Source: a virus. Taken from it: a DNA stretch of 64,000 nt. Under the pieces are notes generated by a model, which saw only the letters and a program-made list of their open reading frames with translations, was not told the origin of the DNA and ran no database searches. The translations under genes were made by a program, and so were the position numbers. The DNA lies in IMG/VR virus record IMGVR_UViG_3300031857_022279; one strand, given 5' to 3'. Positions 50,195 through 61,875 of the stretch are shown here, in pieces (the stretch's first letter is position 1; each line of letters starts with the position of its first letter).

Positions 50195-50560
50195 TCACTC
50201 ACACACCTTTCTAAAAGGTTCGTCATCTTGTAGATCAGGATTCATAGTATCAATCGGAATTTTATTTTTAGGTTGCTCAGACGATCTTTGGAGAAAAGTT
50301 GCTACAAATACTTCATCGACTTTTTTAGTCACAAAATTCGGACTTTGTTTTTTGATAAGCTTTTGAAAATCTTTGCTCAAAAGTGTGGTTGTGATCATGT
50401 TTGTTGTAATCCAGTAGTCTACACTTTTGTCAAATACTTTATAATCCTCAATTAGATAGTCGTGAATAAGATATTCTAATTTTGATTTTGTATTACTATT
50501 ATCATTAAGTAATACTTTAATAATAGCATTAAGCTTTTCTATGTTCGGAAAATAATTCAT
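50195..50560 (-). CDS. Hypothetical protein
   Basis: 121 aa ORF directly downstream of purA. Confidence 0.65.
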   Translation of the reverse strand: MNYFPNIEKLNAIIKVLLNDNSNTKSKLEYLIHDYLIEDYKVFDKSVDYWITTNMITTTLLSKDFQKLIKKQSPNFVTKKVDEVFVATFLQRSSEQPKNKIPIDTMNPDLQDDEPFRKVCE

Positions 50561-50566
50561 CTTTTT

Positions 50567-51811
<1,245 letters not shown>

Positions 51812-51863
51812 TTAACTTATATTTTAGATTAATTTTAGGTAAAAGTTTGTAGAAAATGGTTGT

Positions 51864-52199
51864 TTAAATAGAGAAACTTTCACCACAACCACAAACTTTT
51901 GAGGCCTGTGGATTCTTCCATTCAAATCCTTTACCATTTAGACCATCTGAGTAGTCTAATTCTGTTCCTATTAGGTACAGAAGAGATTTTTTATTTGTGA
52001 TTATTTTGATATCGAATTGTTCAAAGACTTGCTCGTCTTCGAAATGTTCATTTGAGAAATCCATATTGTATTTTAAGCCTGAGCAGCCACCTCCGACTAT
52101 TTCAACTTTAAGAAAATAATCATCAGAATGACCAGCATCATTCATTAGTTCTTTTACTTTCTGATACGCTTTTTCAGATAGTGTTATCATACAATTCAA
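51864..52199 (-). CDS. iscA: Fe-S cluster assembly A-type carrier (IscA/HesB family)
   Basis: GGGCSGLKY, LDYSDGLNGKGF and NPQASKVCGCGESF motifs. Confidence 0.95.
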   Translation of the reverse strand: MNCMITLSEKAYQKVKELMNDAGHSDDYFLKVEIVGGGCSGLKYNMDFSNEHFEDEQVFEQFDIKIITNKKSLLYLIGTELDYSDGLNGKGFEWKNPQASKVCGCGESFSI

Positions 52200-52202
52200 A
52201 AA

Positions 52203-52826
52203 TTACTTACTTAGAAGTTTAATTAGATCTTCGGTGATTTTGGTAATTAATTTTTTACCAGGTTCTATCTCAACATTTGGAATGTTTTTAATACTAGAGA
52301 ACTCTTCAGCCCCACCTACTTCAATTGATTCAATAAGATTTGACATTTCAGCACTATCTTTATATTGGTTCAAATAAAAGGTCTTCAATTCTAAGACAAA
52401 CTTTGCCATATCAAAACCTTTCTTATTATTATACTTAACCATTTGAAGCTCATTATCTTGTTTTTCAACAAGTATATACCAAATAGAATTTTTTGAAATT
52501 TTTACATTTTCTAAGAAATTATAGGCCTTTGAAGCTTTAACTTTTTTTGGAAATTTTGCAACTTTACCGAAAAAATTTACATTAGATTCATTAGCCTCAG
52601 GATCATTTTCAGAGTCTGATGGTAATTCAATATTTTGGTCTTGTGGTATCAAATTTTTTCTTGATGGCATTTTTTGAATCTTAGAAGATTTATATGGCAA
52701 ATTTGGATTAGCAGGTCTATCTGAATCTGTCATTGGTTGAGCACTTGGTGAAACTTCTTTAAGTTCCTTTTCGCCTTTCATTTCCGTGAATTTCTTAAAT
52801 CCGGATATCTTTTTATTATCTGCCAT
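52203..52826 (-). CDS. Hypothetical protein
   Basis: 207 aa; N-terminal FKKFTE; TAATATATA upstream. Confidence 0.75.
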   Translation of the reverse strand: MADNKKISGFKKFTEMKGEKELKEVSPSAQPMTDSDRPANPNLPYKSSKIQKMPSRKNLIPQDQNIELPSDSENDPEANESNVNFFGKVAKFPKKVKASKAYNFLENVKISKNSIWYILVEKQDNELQMVKYNNKKGFDMAKFVLELKTFYLNQYKDSAEMSNLIESIEVGGAEEFSSIKNIPNVEIEPGKKLITKITEDLIKLLSK

Positions 52827-52875
52827 ATCTTTTAATTTCTTTGTCTATTATATATTATAATTAAATATTGTTTTT

Positions 52876-53130
52876 TTACCTACTGTGTTTATAATGGTAC
52901 TTGTCTACAATATAGTTTTTAAAGTTTTTCATCACATTCATTTGGTCGAATAAAAGAGAAACTAATGGTTGCATTTTATTTAACCAACTATTCATCATAT
53001 CATTTTCATACATATATGGTGACAGTGATGAGTTGAGTATCTGTTTCTCATAATCAACATAATCTTTAAAGTCATCATGACGATGCTTTAAGAAGTATAA
53101 CTCAGGTATTTCTTTTCTTTCAATTAGCAT
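52876..53130 (-). CDS. Small baseplate-region protein
   Basis: 84 aa ORF 1 nt downstream of the wedge gene. Confidence 0.65.
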   Translation of the reverse strand: MLIERKEIPELYFLKHRHDDFKDYVDYEKQILNSSLSPYMYENDMMNSWLNKMQPLVSLLFDQMNVMKNFKNYIVDKYHYKHSR

Positions 53131-53131
53131 T

Positions 53132-54895
53132 TTAAACTACATTATTTCTTAGTTTTGAATCTACAACACCTTTTTTGATAATGTTAATAGACTTCAAAGT
53201 TGTAGAGGCCATGTCATCTGAAAAGTAAATACCATTTCTATCATACCAACCACCTCTGATAATTGGAATTTCTTTTGGTTCAAAAATAATATCTCCAAGA
53301 ACCGGATCAAGACCTAGTGTTGTATTTGGTTTATAATCAGGATTCCGTTTTACTGGATCGAATTCCGATTCAACCATTATGTCTTTATTTTTATTAGCAC
53401 TAATATTAGTCTCGAATTTGGTTTTATTTTTTCTTAGATTTTCTTTTCTACTAATTTCTTCTCTGTGATATTCTTCATTTTTCTTACATATAAATTGAAC
53501 ATCAACTGAATGAATATCATTTATCCCAGAAAGTACTTTAACTAAATCTGATTTAGGAATTCTATCAATTCTACTGAAGTTCAAAAAATACTCAGAGACA
53601 GCATCTTGCACTTGAGACTGAACTGAATCATCATTCGAATCTGAATATCTTATCACAAATACATTCATTATATAATATGAAAGTACCGGTGAGTCTATTC
53701 TATATTTTTTTGTTATTTGTATATTACCAGTTGTTCTAAGATACTTATCTATTTTAGATTTTTCGTATCTATCGAGTTCAAATGCTCTTGTACTAACTGC
53801 AAAATAATCAGCATTTTGGTTTTTAAATAGTCTTATATTAGGAGTAGCAACTATGTAAACTATTCCTAAATCCTCATACGCATTGACGTGTGAGAAGACA
53901 CCTAATTTTTTTATTTCATAGGCATATTGCTGTGGTAAACCTAGAACAAAATTATTAGAAACAATAGGTAATATATTTTTTGTAAAAACAACATTCTCTT
54001 TATTTGCTCCAAAGTTTATATCATTAAATATTTGAACTGTGAATATCTTTGCAGCATCAACACCATTACCTTCGCCGTCAATCGCCTCGTCTACAAATTT
54101 CCAGTCATTTACAGTTCTTCTAAATATATTTCCATTTGCACCATCTGAAACTAAATATGTAATTGCAATACTCGATCCGATTTCTGGTATTGCACCAAAA
54201 CCACCATTTCCGAATATTATATCAATACCACCATTGAATCCGGTTTTAACAACACACGCATTCTCATTTGGTAAAAGATCATATAAATGTCTTTTTATTG
54301 ACCAGTAGTTACCATTTACTGTGACTTCAACATTGAAATTTTCTATATCTTGTTGACCACTTAATGTCACTTGGTAAGTCTGATTTGAATTACCGGTACC
54401 TGTATATGTAGTTGTTGTGAATTTACCTTGTATAAGTGGTAAAAATATTTGAGTTGAGTTTATCACTTTAAATACTAACTTATCTTGACCAAGATAAATT
54501 GAGTAATCAAGACCATTCGTCTTATTTTTTAAAACTTGTCTATTAAGGAAAGTTATTTTACCACCTTTTAATTCTTTATCTAGTTCAGTTCCTGGTTTCA
54601 CAGTTAATCTTAAATTACCAGTTGCTGAGATGTTTCTACCTGGATTATGACCCGCAAATATTGCAGCATTTCTAACAATTATGGGATTTACTGAATTTGG
54701 TTCACTTAAATCGAATTGATTGATAGAGTTTTTTAAGTATAGAAATGATAATTGATGTAGATTTTGAAGAACATTTAAAATTTGACCATAAGGTGAAGCA
54801 GGAGAGTATAATATCTGAGCCTTGTTATGTTCAAGTCTAAGAAATCTTTCGATCTCACCTTTGATTAGATTAAATGAAATTTCAACAAACTTCAT
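53132..54895 (-). CDS. Baseplate wedge subunit (T4 gp6-like)
   Basis: S....QILNVL...L.FLY, ..RNAA..AG.NP.R..SATG.L, FGNG.FG.IP..G..I.I.YL.SDG..GN and FG...E patterns typical of gp6-like wedges. Confidence 0.8.
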   Translation of the reverse strand: MKFVEISFNLIKGEIERFLRLEHNKAQILYSPASPYGQILNVLQNLHQLSFLYLKNSINQFDLSEPNSVNPIIVRNAAIFAGHNPGRNISATGNLRLTVKPGTELDKELKGGKITFLNRQVLKNKTNGLDYSIYLGQDKLVFKVINSTQIFLPLIQGKFTTTTYTGTGNSNQTYQVTLSGQQDIENFNVEVTVNGNYWSIKRHLYDLLPNENACVVKTGFNGGIDIIFGNGGFGAIPEIGSSIAITYLVSDGANGNIFRRTVNDWKFVDEAIDGEGNGVDAAKIFTVQIFNDINFGANKENVVFTKNILPIVSNNFVLGLPQQYAYEIKKLGVFSHVNAYEDLGIVYIVATPNIRLFKNQNADYFAVSTRAFELDRYEKSKIDKYLRTTGNIQITKKYRIDSPVLSYYIMNVFVIRYSDSNDDSVQSQVQDAVSEYFLNFSRIDRIPKSDLVKVLSGINDIHSVDVQFICKKNEEYHREEISRKENLRKNKTKFETNISANKNKDIMVESEFDPVKRNPDYKPNTTLGLDPVLGDIIFEPKEIPIIRGGWYDRNGIYFSDDMASTTLKSINIIKKGVVDSKLRNNVV

Positions 54896-54902
54896 ACTTT
54901 AT

Positions 54903-55220
54903 TTAGATTTTTATATAGTCTTCTGAGAATCTATTGTTCTGGAATATATCTTCAGTTAAAAACACTATATTCTCACTATTTGTATCTCTTGATATTAGCT
55001 CTGAATTTTCAACTAGTGGATTACTAAAATACTTGACTTCAAAATTAGATTTACCATCTATGTTACTAAAAGGAACAATCATTTTTAAAATCTTTGACTC
55101 ATTTATAGTGATTTCAAAATATTTTCCGAATTCTTTAGAAGCCTTTTCTGTTATTTGAACATCATTATATTTGTCCGATAAGTTTACATGAATTCTATTA
55201 ATATTATAACGAATATCCAT
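54903..55220 (-). CDS. Hypothetical protein
   Basis: 105 aa ORF upstream of the wedge gene; TAATATATA upstream. Confidence 0.7.
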   Translation of the reverse strand: MDIRYNINRIHVNLSDKYNDVQITEKASKEFGKYFEITINESKILKMIVPFSNIDGKSNFEVKYFSNPLVENSELISRDTNSENIVFLTEDIFQNNRFSEDYIKI

Positions 55221-55290
55221 TGAATAGGTAATTTTTAATTATATATTAATTTAGTGTCTGACCTAATTAATATATAAAATATATTTTTTT

Positions 55291-55368
55291 AGACGGCTTA
55301 GGACCGTCATGTTGTTACGACACATGTTTAAATCCAGGAAACTCGCTCCTTCCTGGATTTTTCTTTTT
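55291..55368 (+). ncRNA. Candidate small three-hairpin RNA
   Basis: Follows TAATATATA (55268-55276): GACGG-cttagga-CCGTC; CATGT...ACATG; AAATCCAGGAA-actcgctcc-TTCCTGGATTT plus a T-run. Confidence 0.5.
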
Positions 55369-55381
55369 AATATATACCACT

Positions 55382-56104
55382 ATGGGCGTTGAAGAACTAA
55401 TAATGATGTTGCAGAAGTACGGGTTGAAAGGTCTCTTCCTAGGAATAGTTTATATTGTAATACGTAGTATGATCAAAAGTGAATGGTTTGGTAAATGGTG
55501 GTCACAATTCACTGATAAGTTCATAGAGTTTTTTATGAAAAAAAAGGTAAAAGAAATACCACACGAAGTTACAGAATCCGATATTTCAAACCATGATATT
55601 TTTAACTATATAGACTTTTGGACCTATTCTAAAGTTCCAACTTTTCAATTTTCTACGGAGTACAGAACTGTTGTTTTTAAAAAATATTTATCTGTATTTC
55701 TGAAATCATACAAAAGAGGTCTACAGGAATTTGTACAATCTAAAGATTATCAGAAAATGGATCAATCTGAATTATGGAAAAGTTTATTATCACTTTTAAA
55801 TAAAATAATTATGGAATATGAAAGAGAATGTGAAGAGTTAGGCATACCTAAAATTGTTGTGTTGAAAATGAAATCTAAAAATAACGATACAATTACACTA
55901 ACAATAGATATTATAGAGAGTATTACTAATTCTCAATTTTATGAGAGTGAACAAAATTTCTTGAAGATGTATTCAATATTAAACATACTTCTTTCAATCT
56001 TAGAAAACACCATATCAAACTCGATTTCAGTTTGTAATTCAATAAATGGTCAATTGAAAGGTTTGTCTATAATTGATAATGGTAAGACCTATACAGAACC
56101 TTAG
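55382..56104 (+). CDS. Membrane protein with an N-terminal TM and a large soluble domain (possible holin-like)
   Basis: GLKGLFLGIVYIVI TM; TAATATATA at 55368-55376; the holin role is inference only. Confidence 0.6.
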   Translation: MGVEELIMMLQKYGLKGLFLGIVYIVIRSMIKSEWFGKWWSQFTDKFIEFFMKKKVKEIPHEVTESDISNHDIFNYIDFWTYSKVPTFQFSTEYRTVVFKKYLSVFLKSYKRGLQEFVQSKDYQKMDQSELWKSLLSLLNKIIMEYERECEELGIPKIVVLKMKSKNNDTITLTIDIIESITNSQFYESEQNFLKMYSILNILLSILENTISNSISVCNSINGQLKGLSIIDNGKTYTEP

Positions 56105-56643
56105 TCCATAAGTTCATAAACCTCATTTGCCGTAAATTCAGGATCAGTTATTTTGAGGTCATAATCCTTAAAGTTTAAGAAATCAAGCTCATCAGCATCT
56201 AATCTTCTTTTAATAGAATCATTTTGATCTTTTCTAAAAGAAAGTCTTTGCTCTCTTACTTTTCTATCTATATCAAGATAAACAACAAAACACTTTTTTC
56301 TATCTGACTCTTCTATTTGTGATAATTCACCAGGTGTCATAATGAAAACCTGAGCACTAGTAAATTCTTCTTTTGTTATTCCGTAATACCACTTCTGAGG
56401 TTCTTTATTTTGCGGAGTGACCATAAATGTTTGGTGACATAAAAACTTACTGTCGGTTAGTAGACTTTCAAATTTAGAATCGTCTACAAAATTATAGGTG
56501 ACATTCTGAGTCTCATTAATTCTCATTGGTCTTGTGGTTGTCTTAATGCAAGGTTTTAGACCCTTTTCTACCAATTTTCGAAGTAGGTGATCTTTTCCTG
56601 CTCCAGAAGATCCGAGTATTATTACTTTCTCTTGTTTATTCAA
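56101..56643 (-). CDS. gmk: Guanylate kinase-like protein
   Basis: P-loop ILGSSGAGKD, TTTRPMR.NE, YNFV and WYYG motifs. Confidence 0.88.
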   Translation of the reverse strand: MNKQEKVIILGSSGAGKDHLLRKLVEKGLKPCIKTTTRPMRINETQNVTYNFVDDSKFESLLTDSKFLCHQTFMVTPQNKEPQKWYYGITKEEFTSAQVFIMTPGELSQIEESDRKKCFVVYLDIDRKVREQRLSFRKDQNDSIKRRLDADELDFLNFKDYDLKITDPEFTANEVYELMD

Positions 56644-56687
56644 AATAAATATAGTTTACATGGTATATTTATTTTGTGAAAAAATGT

Positions 56688-57521
56688 TTATTTTTGAGAT
56701 TTTATTATATCGGTTATTTCAGATTTAATCTTACCGAGTTCAGTATATTCAAACTCTTTTGGAAATTTATTTTCCTCTTTTTTTACTCCAATATAATCTT
56801 CTCTAAACATAACTTGAGCGATATGTTTTTTATTTAAATGAATTTCAAAATCTGAACCAACTTGCTTTATAGTGCAGTCCAGTGATTTTATATGTGATTT
56901 GATAGTATCTTGAAATTTTGAAATATCTACCGCTTCTTTTTTACTTTTCTTAGAAACATCAAAAGTCTTTCCCTCTTTGACCTTTGTTACTTTAGTAGTG
57001 ACATCTTTTTTCTCAAAGTCACTAAAATTCATTACTTTACCAGAAGGCTTTTTATCTTTTAAAAGTTCTTTTAAGGTTTTAATATTAAGTGGTTTGACTC
57101 TTGATTTTTTAGTAATCACGTTAGGGTCACTTTCTTTTCTTGTTTTATTTTGACCAGGTGCTGCGATTTTTTGAAACACTCTGTTTGCACCACTTGGGTT
57201 GTATGGAACTGCAATATCTCCACTGCCTTCTCTTCCTCCACCTGTTATCCATGCTGTACCAGTTAAAGCACCTGGAAAATGTGACGGTGTTGAAGATGCT
57301 ACTCCACCCATACCAGCGGTTGTTGCATTTGCAAGAGCTACTCCAGCACTACCAACACCTACACTCGAAGCACCGGCCGAACCTGCTGGTCCTCCTGTAG
57401 CTGAAGTATTTTCTAATAGACTTTCCTTCTCTTGAATAAGATTTTTAATTTGGTTAATTTCTATTTCAGAATTTGTCTTTTTCAAAAGATTATAAAGTTC
57501 GTATAGTGAAAGTTCTTCCAT
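56688..57521 (-). CDS. Hypothetical protein with a Gly/Ala/Ser-rich segment
   Basis: LLENTSATGG...AGMGGVAS...GSGDI, shared with ORF 267..863; TAATATATA upstream. Confidence 0.75.
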   Translation of the reverse strand: MEELSLYELYNLLKKTNSEIEINQIKNLIQEKESLLENTSATGGPAGSAGASSVGVGSAGVALANATTAGMGGVASSTPSHFPGALTGTAWITGGGREGSGDIAVPYNPSGANRVFQKIAAPGQNKTRKESDPNVITKKSRVKPLNIKTLKELLKDKKPSGKVMNFSDFEKKDVTTKVTKVKEGKTFDVSKKSKKEAVDISKFQDTIKSHIKSLDCTIKQVGSDFEIHLNKKHIAQVMFREDYIGVKKEENKFPKEFEYTELGKIKSEITDIIKSQK

Positions 57522-57581
57522 ACCAGTCTTAATTTTTATTATATATTAAAACATCACTACAATAATTTAATATTAATAAAG

Positions 57582-58151
57582 ATGAATAGCCTAAAGAGTC
57601 TGGAGTTACAAAGACTTATTAAAGAATTACAATTTGTTGAATCAGACTATATCTATCAATCTGAAGTAGTTAGACAATCTAATCAGTACTTTCTTGAGTC
57701 TGTAGATTCACTTTTAAATGACTATCCAGACTTGAAGAGAATCTGGACCGAAAAAAATACCAAGCAGTCTGAGGTAAATATTCAAGATTTACCGACTGAA
57801 ATTGAAAAGACAAAATTGAATGTTGATACAAAGGTAAAAAAGATATACCGAGAGATTGTAAAATCAACTCATCCTGATAAAATTAAAAACTCAAAGCTTA
57901 ATGAACTTTATCTTGAAGCAACGTTCGCATATGAAACTAATGATATTGTTACTCTTTACAAAGTTTGCTCTGAACTAATGATAGATTTTAAATTTGATGA
58001 TTCAGAAATTGAAACTATTAAAAGTAGAATAAATGAAATAAAAAGTCAGATAAATTTCTTAGAATCAACTTATACGTTTAAATGGTTGAAGTCATCTGAG
58101 GTTGAGAAAACTAAAGTGGTACTTAGATTTATTGAAGAGAGACTTAAATAA
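57582..58151 (+). CDS. J-domain (HPD) co-chaperone-like protein
   Basis: KVKKIYREIVKSTHPDK followed by ...AYE, flanked by coiled-coil segments. Confidence 0.75.
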   Translation: MNSLKSLELQRLIKELQFVESDYIYQSEVVRQSNQYFLESVDSLLNDYPDLKRIWTEKNTKQSEVNIQDLPTEIEKTKLNVDTKVKKIYREIVKSTHPDKIKNSKLNELYLEATFAYETNDIVTLYKVCSELMIDFKFDDSEIETIKSRINEIKSQINFLESTYTFKWLKSSEVEKTKVVLRFIEERLK

Positions 58152-58773
58152 TATTTACTTTAACCTTTCTTTCGTCTATTATCTTTTGTAAATCCTCTTT
58201 AGTAACATCTCTTTTATAAATATCACTTTGACTTTCTATATTTTGTAAAATCCAATCGTTACCGTTTGAAGTTGTATAGATATAATTTGTATCACCTTCT
58301 ATAATCTCAATTGTCTTGCTTGCTAGTTTATCATAGAATTTTTTTATATCATCATTTACTTTATATAAACTAGCATCTTCCCATTTTTGTATAGTTGAAT
58401 TATAGGTTTGAAAAATAATATATTCTGGATTTTCTAATTCATTTGAGTTGAAGTCATAGAGAAACATAAACCTACAAGGCTTATTTAAAAAGGTTTGAAA
58501 GTCGTCAGTATTTTGGAGAGCAGATTTCTTTAAACCAATTGATGAGAGTGAATTTACAAATTCTATATTATTAGATAACTCATCTAGATTCATTTTTTCT
58601 TTAAATTCATCAGACAAGTTAAGTGTTTTAAATATATCTACATTTTGTGCAGAGATAGAAGATAAAAGAACGTCTCCCCATATGTTTAAGGATTCCATCA
58701 AGTCAATAGTATTAAAAGTCAAGTCTACAACTATAGACTCTTTAAATTGACTAAACTTTTTTATCCATTTCAT
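58144..58773 (-). CDS. Hypothetical protein with a capsid-targeting-like peptide
   Basis: MKWIKKFSQFKES; TAATATATA 4 nt upstream (plus-strand 58778-58786). Confidence 0.75.
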   Translation of the reverse strand: MKWIKKFSQFKESIVVDLTFNTIDLMESLNIWGDVLLSSISAQNVDIFKTLNLSDEFKEKMNLDELSNNIEFVNSLSSIGLKKSALQNTDDFQTFLNKPCRFMFLYDFNSNELENPEYIIFQTYNSTIQKWEDASLYKVNDDIKKFYDKLASKTIEIIEGDTNYIYTTSNGNDWILQNIESQSDIYKRDVTKEDLQKIIDERKVKVNII

Positions 58774-58786
58774 AAAGTATATATTA

Positions 58787-61700
58787 TTACCATCTGTTGG
58801 TTTTTAAGAACTGTACGAATCTAGGTGTTGGTGCGGCATCTACTTTACCTGATGTTATCGAACCATGTGTGAAATATCCTGGTAAATCTTTTTTCCACTG
58901 TTTACCATCACCAAACATCGTGTAGAAATTACTTTCATTTAGTCCGTTCCAAGCTGGCAGAGTTGGAATTCTTTGTCTTAGATACTTTAATAGTTTTAAT
59001 AGTGATACTAATTGTGCCTCACTAACTTCTTGACCTCTTTTTATACCACGCCATTTTTGTGAATTAAGATTGATATCACAATAGTCAACATAATTTTCAA
59101 TAAGTCTATAATCTCCGGTTCTATTTTTGTAAGTTGAACTATTTTCAATACCACTTGTAGACCCTAAGCATGCCATTGATATACCAATTGAGGTATCATT
59201 TGCTTGTTTAGCATGGTATGCTTTATACTCTGGTGGTACTAAATTCTCTATGTGTCCAGTTACGTCAATTATATAGTGATAGCTGAGTCCTCTATCAAAG
59301 AGTGTTTTAATAGTCGCCTCGTTTTTATCTGTTTTTTGCCACCCGGCACTGTAGTGGAAAATAACTTGAGTCTTTTTCGATGAATTTTTCGAGTAGGCTC
59401 CGCCTTTAATAGGGAATCCAGATGGTGTGGACTTTGTTGGTGACTCAGGTGCCTCTGGTATTTCTGATGCCATATCACCATACTCACCAGTAGGATAAGC
59501 TTCTTGAGACGATGGATTTGGAGTTGTGCCAGTCGTATTTGTATTATTTGGAGTTGGTTCAGGAGAGGCTTGATCATTTGGTGATAGTTCATTACTTTGT
59601 GACTTCTGATTATCTTCACCACTATTTGCTTTTGATTTCGATTCAGATTCCTCACCTTTAATCAAAGAAAGTTCTCTAAGTATTGCAGTAACTATTTGAT
59701 ACTGTTTTCCCGAAATAAAAGACATTTCAATACCTGTGATTAACCAATCACCAGTCAATCTTTTTAATACTCCTTCTGGAGCTGATGGTGTTGGCTTTGT
59801 AAGTGTAAAAAATACAGGCACCTTCTGGTAAAGATATAAATTATGGTTTGGATTTGGTAAATAAAATTTAGCAGAGAACTTAGCTATATCATCTAAGTTT
59901 TGTCGATTTTGTGAAATCGAGTAATTATAGTTTTTATGTACGTTTCCTTGACCATCTTCAAAAGAGTCTATTTTACCTGAATAATAGAAGTTTGTATTAT
60001 TCTCAAAAAAACTATTATCGTCAGGATCACCTTTTAAAATAATTGATTTTGAACCATCTGAAGTCTGTGATTCTACGTCGAATATTAAAAGTTCTTTTTT
60101 CACAGTATCATAATACTTAGTTTTTGTTCTATAAGATTTTTTTATTGAAACCTTAGTTGACTTATTCATCAACTCGAATTTTTCTATGTATGATGTACTT
60201 GCTTTTATTGCCTTATCAGTAGATAAAAGTAAGTCAACGACCTTTTCATCAATTTCTTGATCATCCTCACCATTTTTGTATTTCCAACCATATGCGCTAA
60301 TCATCTTATCTTGACTAACGTCTCTTAAAAGTTCTTTACTAACATCCACATAACAAAGATTGTAATAAAAATCTATATAGCACAGTTGAAATGATTGATC
60401 AGAAACATATGAGTTTAACATAATATTATCTACAAACTCCATATTTCTAAAACCTGTATTTATCCAAGTCATTTTATCATCACTATTCTGTATATTAGAA
60501 CAAAATCCGATACCACATTGTCTCGCTACTTCCTGTAAAGCCTCGTGTGATGTTTTTGATCCAAAACTTGCAAATCTTCTAATATACATTTCTGGTATGT
60601 TACATATACCAACTATTGTATATGACCCCTGACCATTGTCTCGGAAATTAAATATCTTAAAGTCCATGTGAATTGATCTAAGATTCTTAGACCTTGAGTT
60701 TATATAGATTGTTATTTTGCCGTCATCTTTAGGTATACCATCATTTTTTAAAAGTCCCAATGAGTCTATAAATGTTGTCTCTATTACCGGTAATATGCCT
60801 TTATGATATAATTTAAATTTTTCTAAATCTGTGACTTTAATTTCATAATTATTGATGTAAACAAGTGGCATATAACCAAGCTCAGATGAAACCTTTTTCT
60901 TTGATGATTCACTCATATCAGCGAGATTTATCGTAATATCAGTTGGAACTATTGTCGGTTTGAAAAACTGTGTCAGGTTTGTTACTGGCGCACCTGACGA
61001 GTTATTACTAGTATTATTCGATGAGCCATCACCGCCTGTTTGATCCTGATCTTGTATTTCATTTTGTTGTTGTGTTTGTGCGTCTCCAGTAGCTCCAGCT
61101 GATGATGGATTTTCTGGAGGAGATGTCGTACCTTCTGGATTTTTTTCTAGATAGTCAATTAAAAAAGAGTGACATAGTTTAGCTTTGTCGTAATTTTTCC
61201 TAACACTATCATTAGTTGTAGATTTACCAAACCCAGCTGTCATGTTTATTATACACAAGAGAGCTTGATCCCAGTTATTAAAGTCATTCACTGACTCTAC
61301 GTTAAATTTTGACTTTATTTTTTTCTTACTATTAAAATCCCCATCCACATAAAATGCAACACATGCTATTGCTGCATTTTTTGGATCGTTTAATAGATCT
61401 GGATTATTCACAAGACCCGGGATGTATGCCTCCTTTTTTTTGTATCCAGACTTAAATGTTATCTGATTGAATCCCCTACCTCTATACCTCCAGCCATCCC
61501 CTTGATCAGTATTTCCGTATCTTCCAATTTTATATTTACCATTTTCCCAAACACCACCATAAATGTAATTTGCGATTTTCTCAGGTTTTTTGGCATAATC
61601 AGCTGGATTAGCTCGACCGCTTTGAAAATAGCTACCAAAAGTATTTCTTAAACCTGATTCACTATAATTTAAATTTTCATTTTGAGGTACGAATCCTGAC

Positions 61701-61864
61701 TCTTTTGAAACGGTTGCTAATATTCCGGCAATAATGTACTTATTGGTCACTCCTCTTCTTTTACATTCACCAATTATCGCGTCTATCGCTGTTTTTGAAA
61801 ATTTTCTAGTTGTTCCTTTAGTATCTTTTGCAACTAAATTTCCATTTTTAATTTCATAAGCCAT
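58787..61864 (-). CDS. Baseplate hub-like protein fused to an N-terminal GH19-type muramidase and a C-terminal Amidase_2 domain
   Basis: N-terminal ENLNYS, ANYIYG and YRGRGFNQIT (GH19); central phage late-control/hub-like region; C-terminal IFHYSAG, SYHYIID, AYHA...SIGI and HG...KVD (zinc amidase). Confidence 0.8.
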   Translation of the reverse strand: MAYEIKNGNLVAKDTKGTTRKFSKTAIDAIIGECKRRGVTNKYIIAGILATVSKESGFVPQNENLNYSESGLRNTFGSYFQSGRANPADYAKKPEKIANYIYGGVWENGKYKIGRYGNTDQGDGWRYRGRGFNQITFKSGYKKKEAYIPGLVNNPDLLNDPKNAAIACVAFYVDGDFNSKKKIKSKFNVESVNDFNNWDQALLCIINMTAGFGKSTTNDSVRKNYDKAKLCHSFLIDYLEKNPEGTTSPPENPSSAGATGDAQTQQQNEIQDQDQTGGDGSSNNTSNNSSGAPVTNLTQFFKPTIVPTDITINLADMSESSKKKVSSELGYMPLVYINNYEIKVTDLEKFKLYHKGILPVIETTFIDSLGLLKNDGIPKDDGKITIYINSRSKNLRSIHMDFKIFNFRDNGQGSYTIVGICNIPEMYIRRFASFGSKTSHEALQEVARQCGIGFCSNIQNSDDKMTWINTGFRNMEFVDNIMLNSYVSDQSFQLCYIDFYYNLCYVDVSKELLRDVSQDKMISAYGWKYKNGEDDQEIDEKVVDLLLSTDKAIKASTSYIEKFELMNKSTKVSIKKSYRTKTKYYDTVKKELLIFDVESQTSDGSKSIILKGDPDDNSFFENNTNFYYSGKIDSFEDGQGNVHKNYNYSISQNRQNLDDIAKFSAKFYLPNPNHNLYLYQKVPVFFTLTKPTPSAPEGVLKRLTGDWLITGIEMSFISGKQYQIVTAILRELSLIKGEESESKSKANSGEDNQKSQSNELSPNDQASPEPTPNNTNTTGTTPNPSSQEAYPTGEYGDMASEIPEAPESPTKSTPSGFPIKGGAYSKNSSKKTQVIFHYSAGWQKTDKNEATIKTLFDRGLSYHYIIDVTGHIENLVPPEYKAYHAKQANDTSIGISMACLGSTSGIENSSTYKNRTGDYRLIENYVDYCDINLNSQKWRGIKRGQEVSEAQLVSLLKLLKYLRQRIPTLPAWNGLNESNFYTMFGDGKQWKKDLPGYFTHGSITSGKVDAAPTPRFVQFLKTNRW

Positions 61865-61875
61865 AATAAATATAT

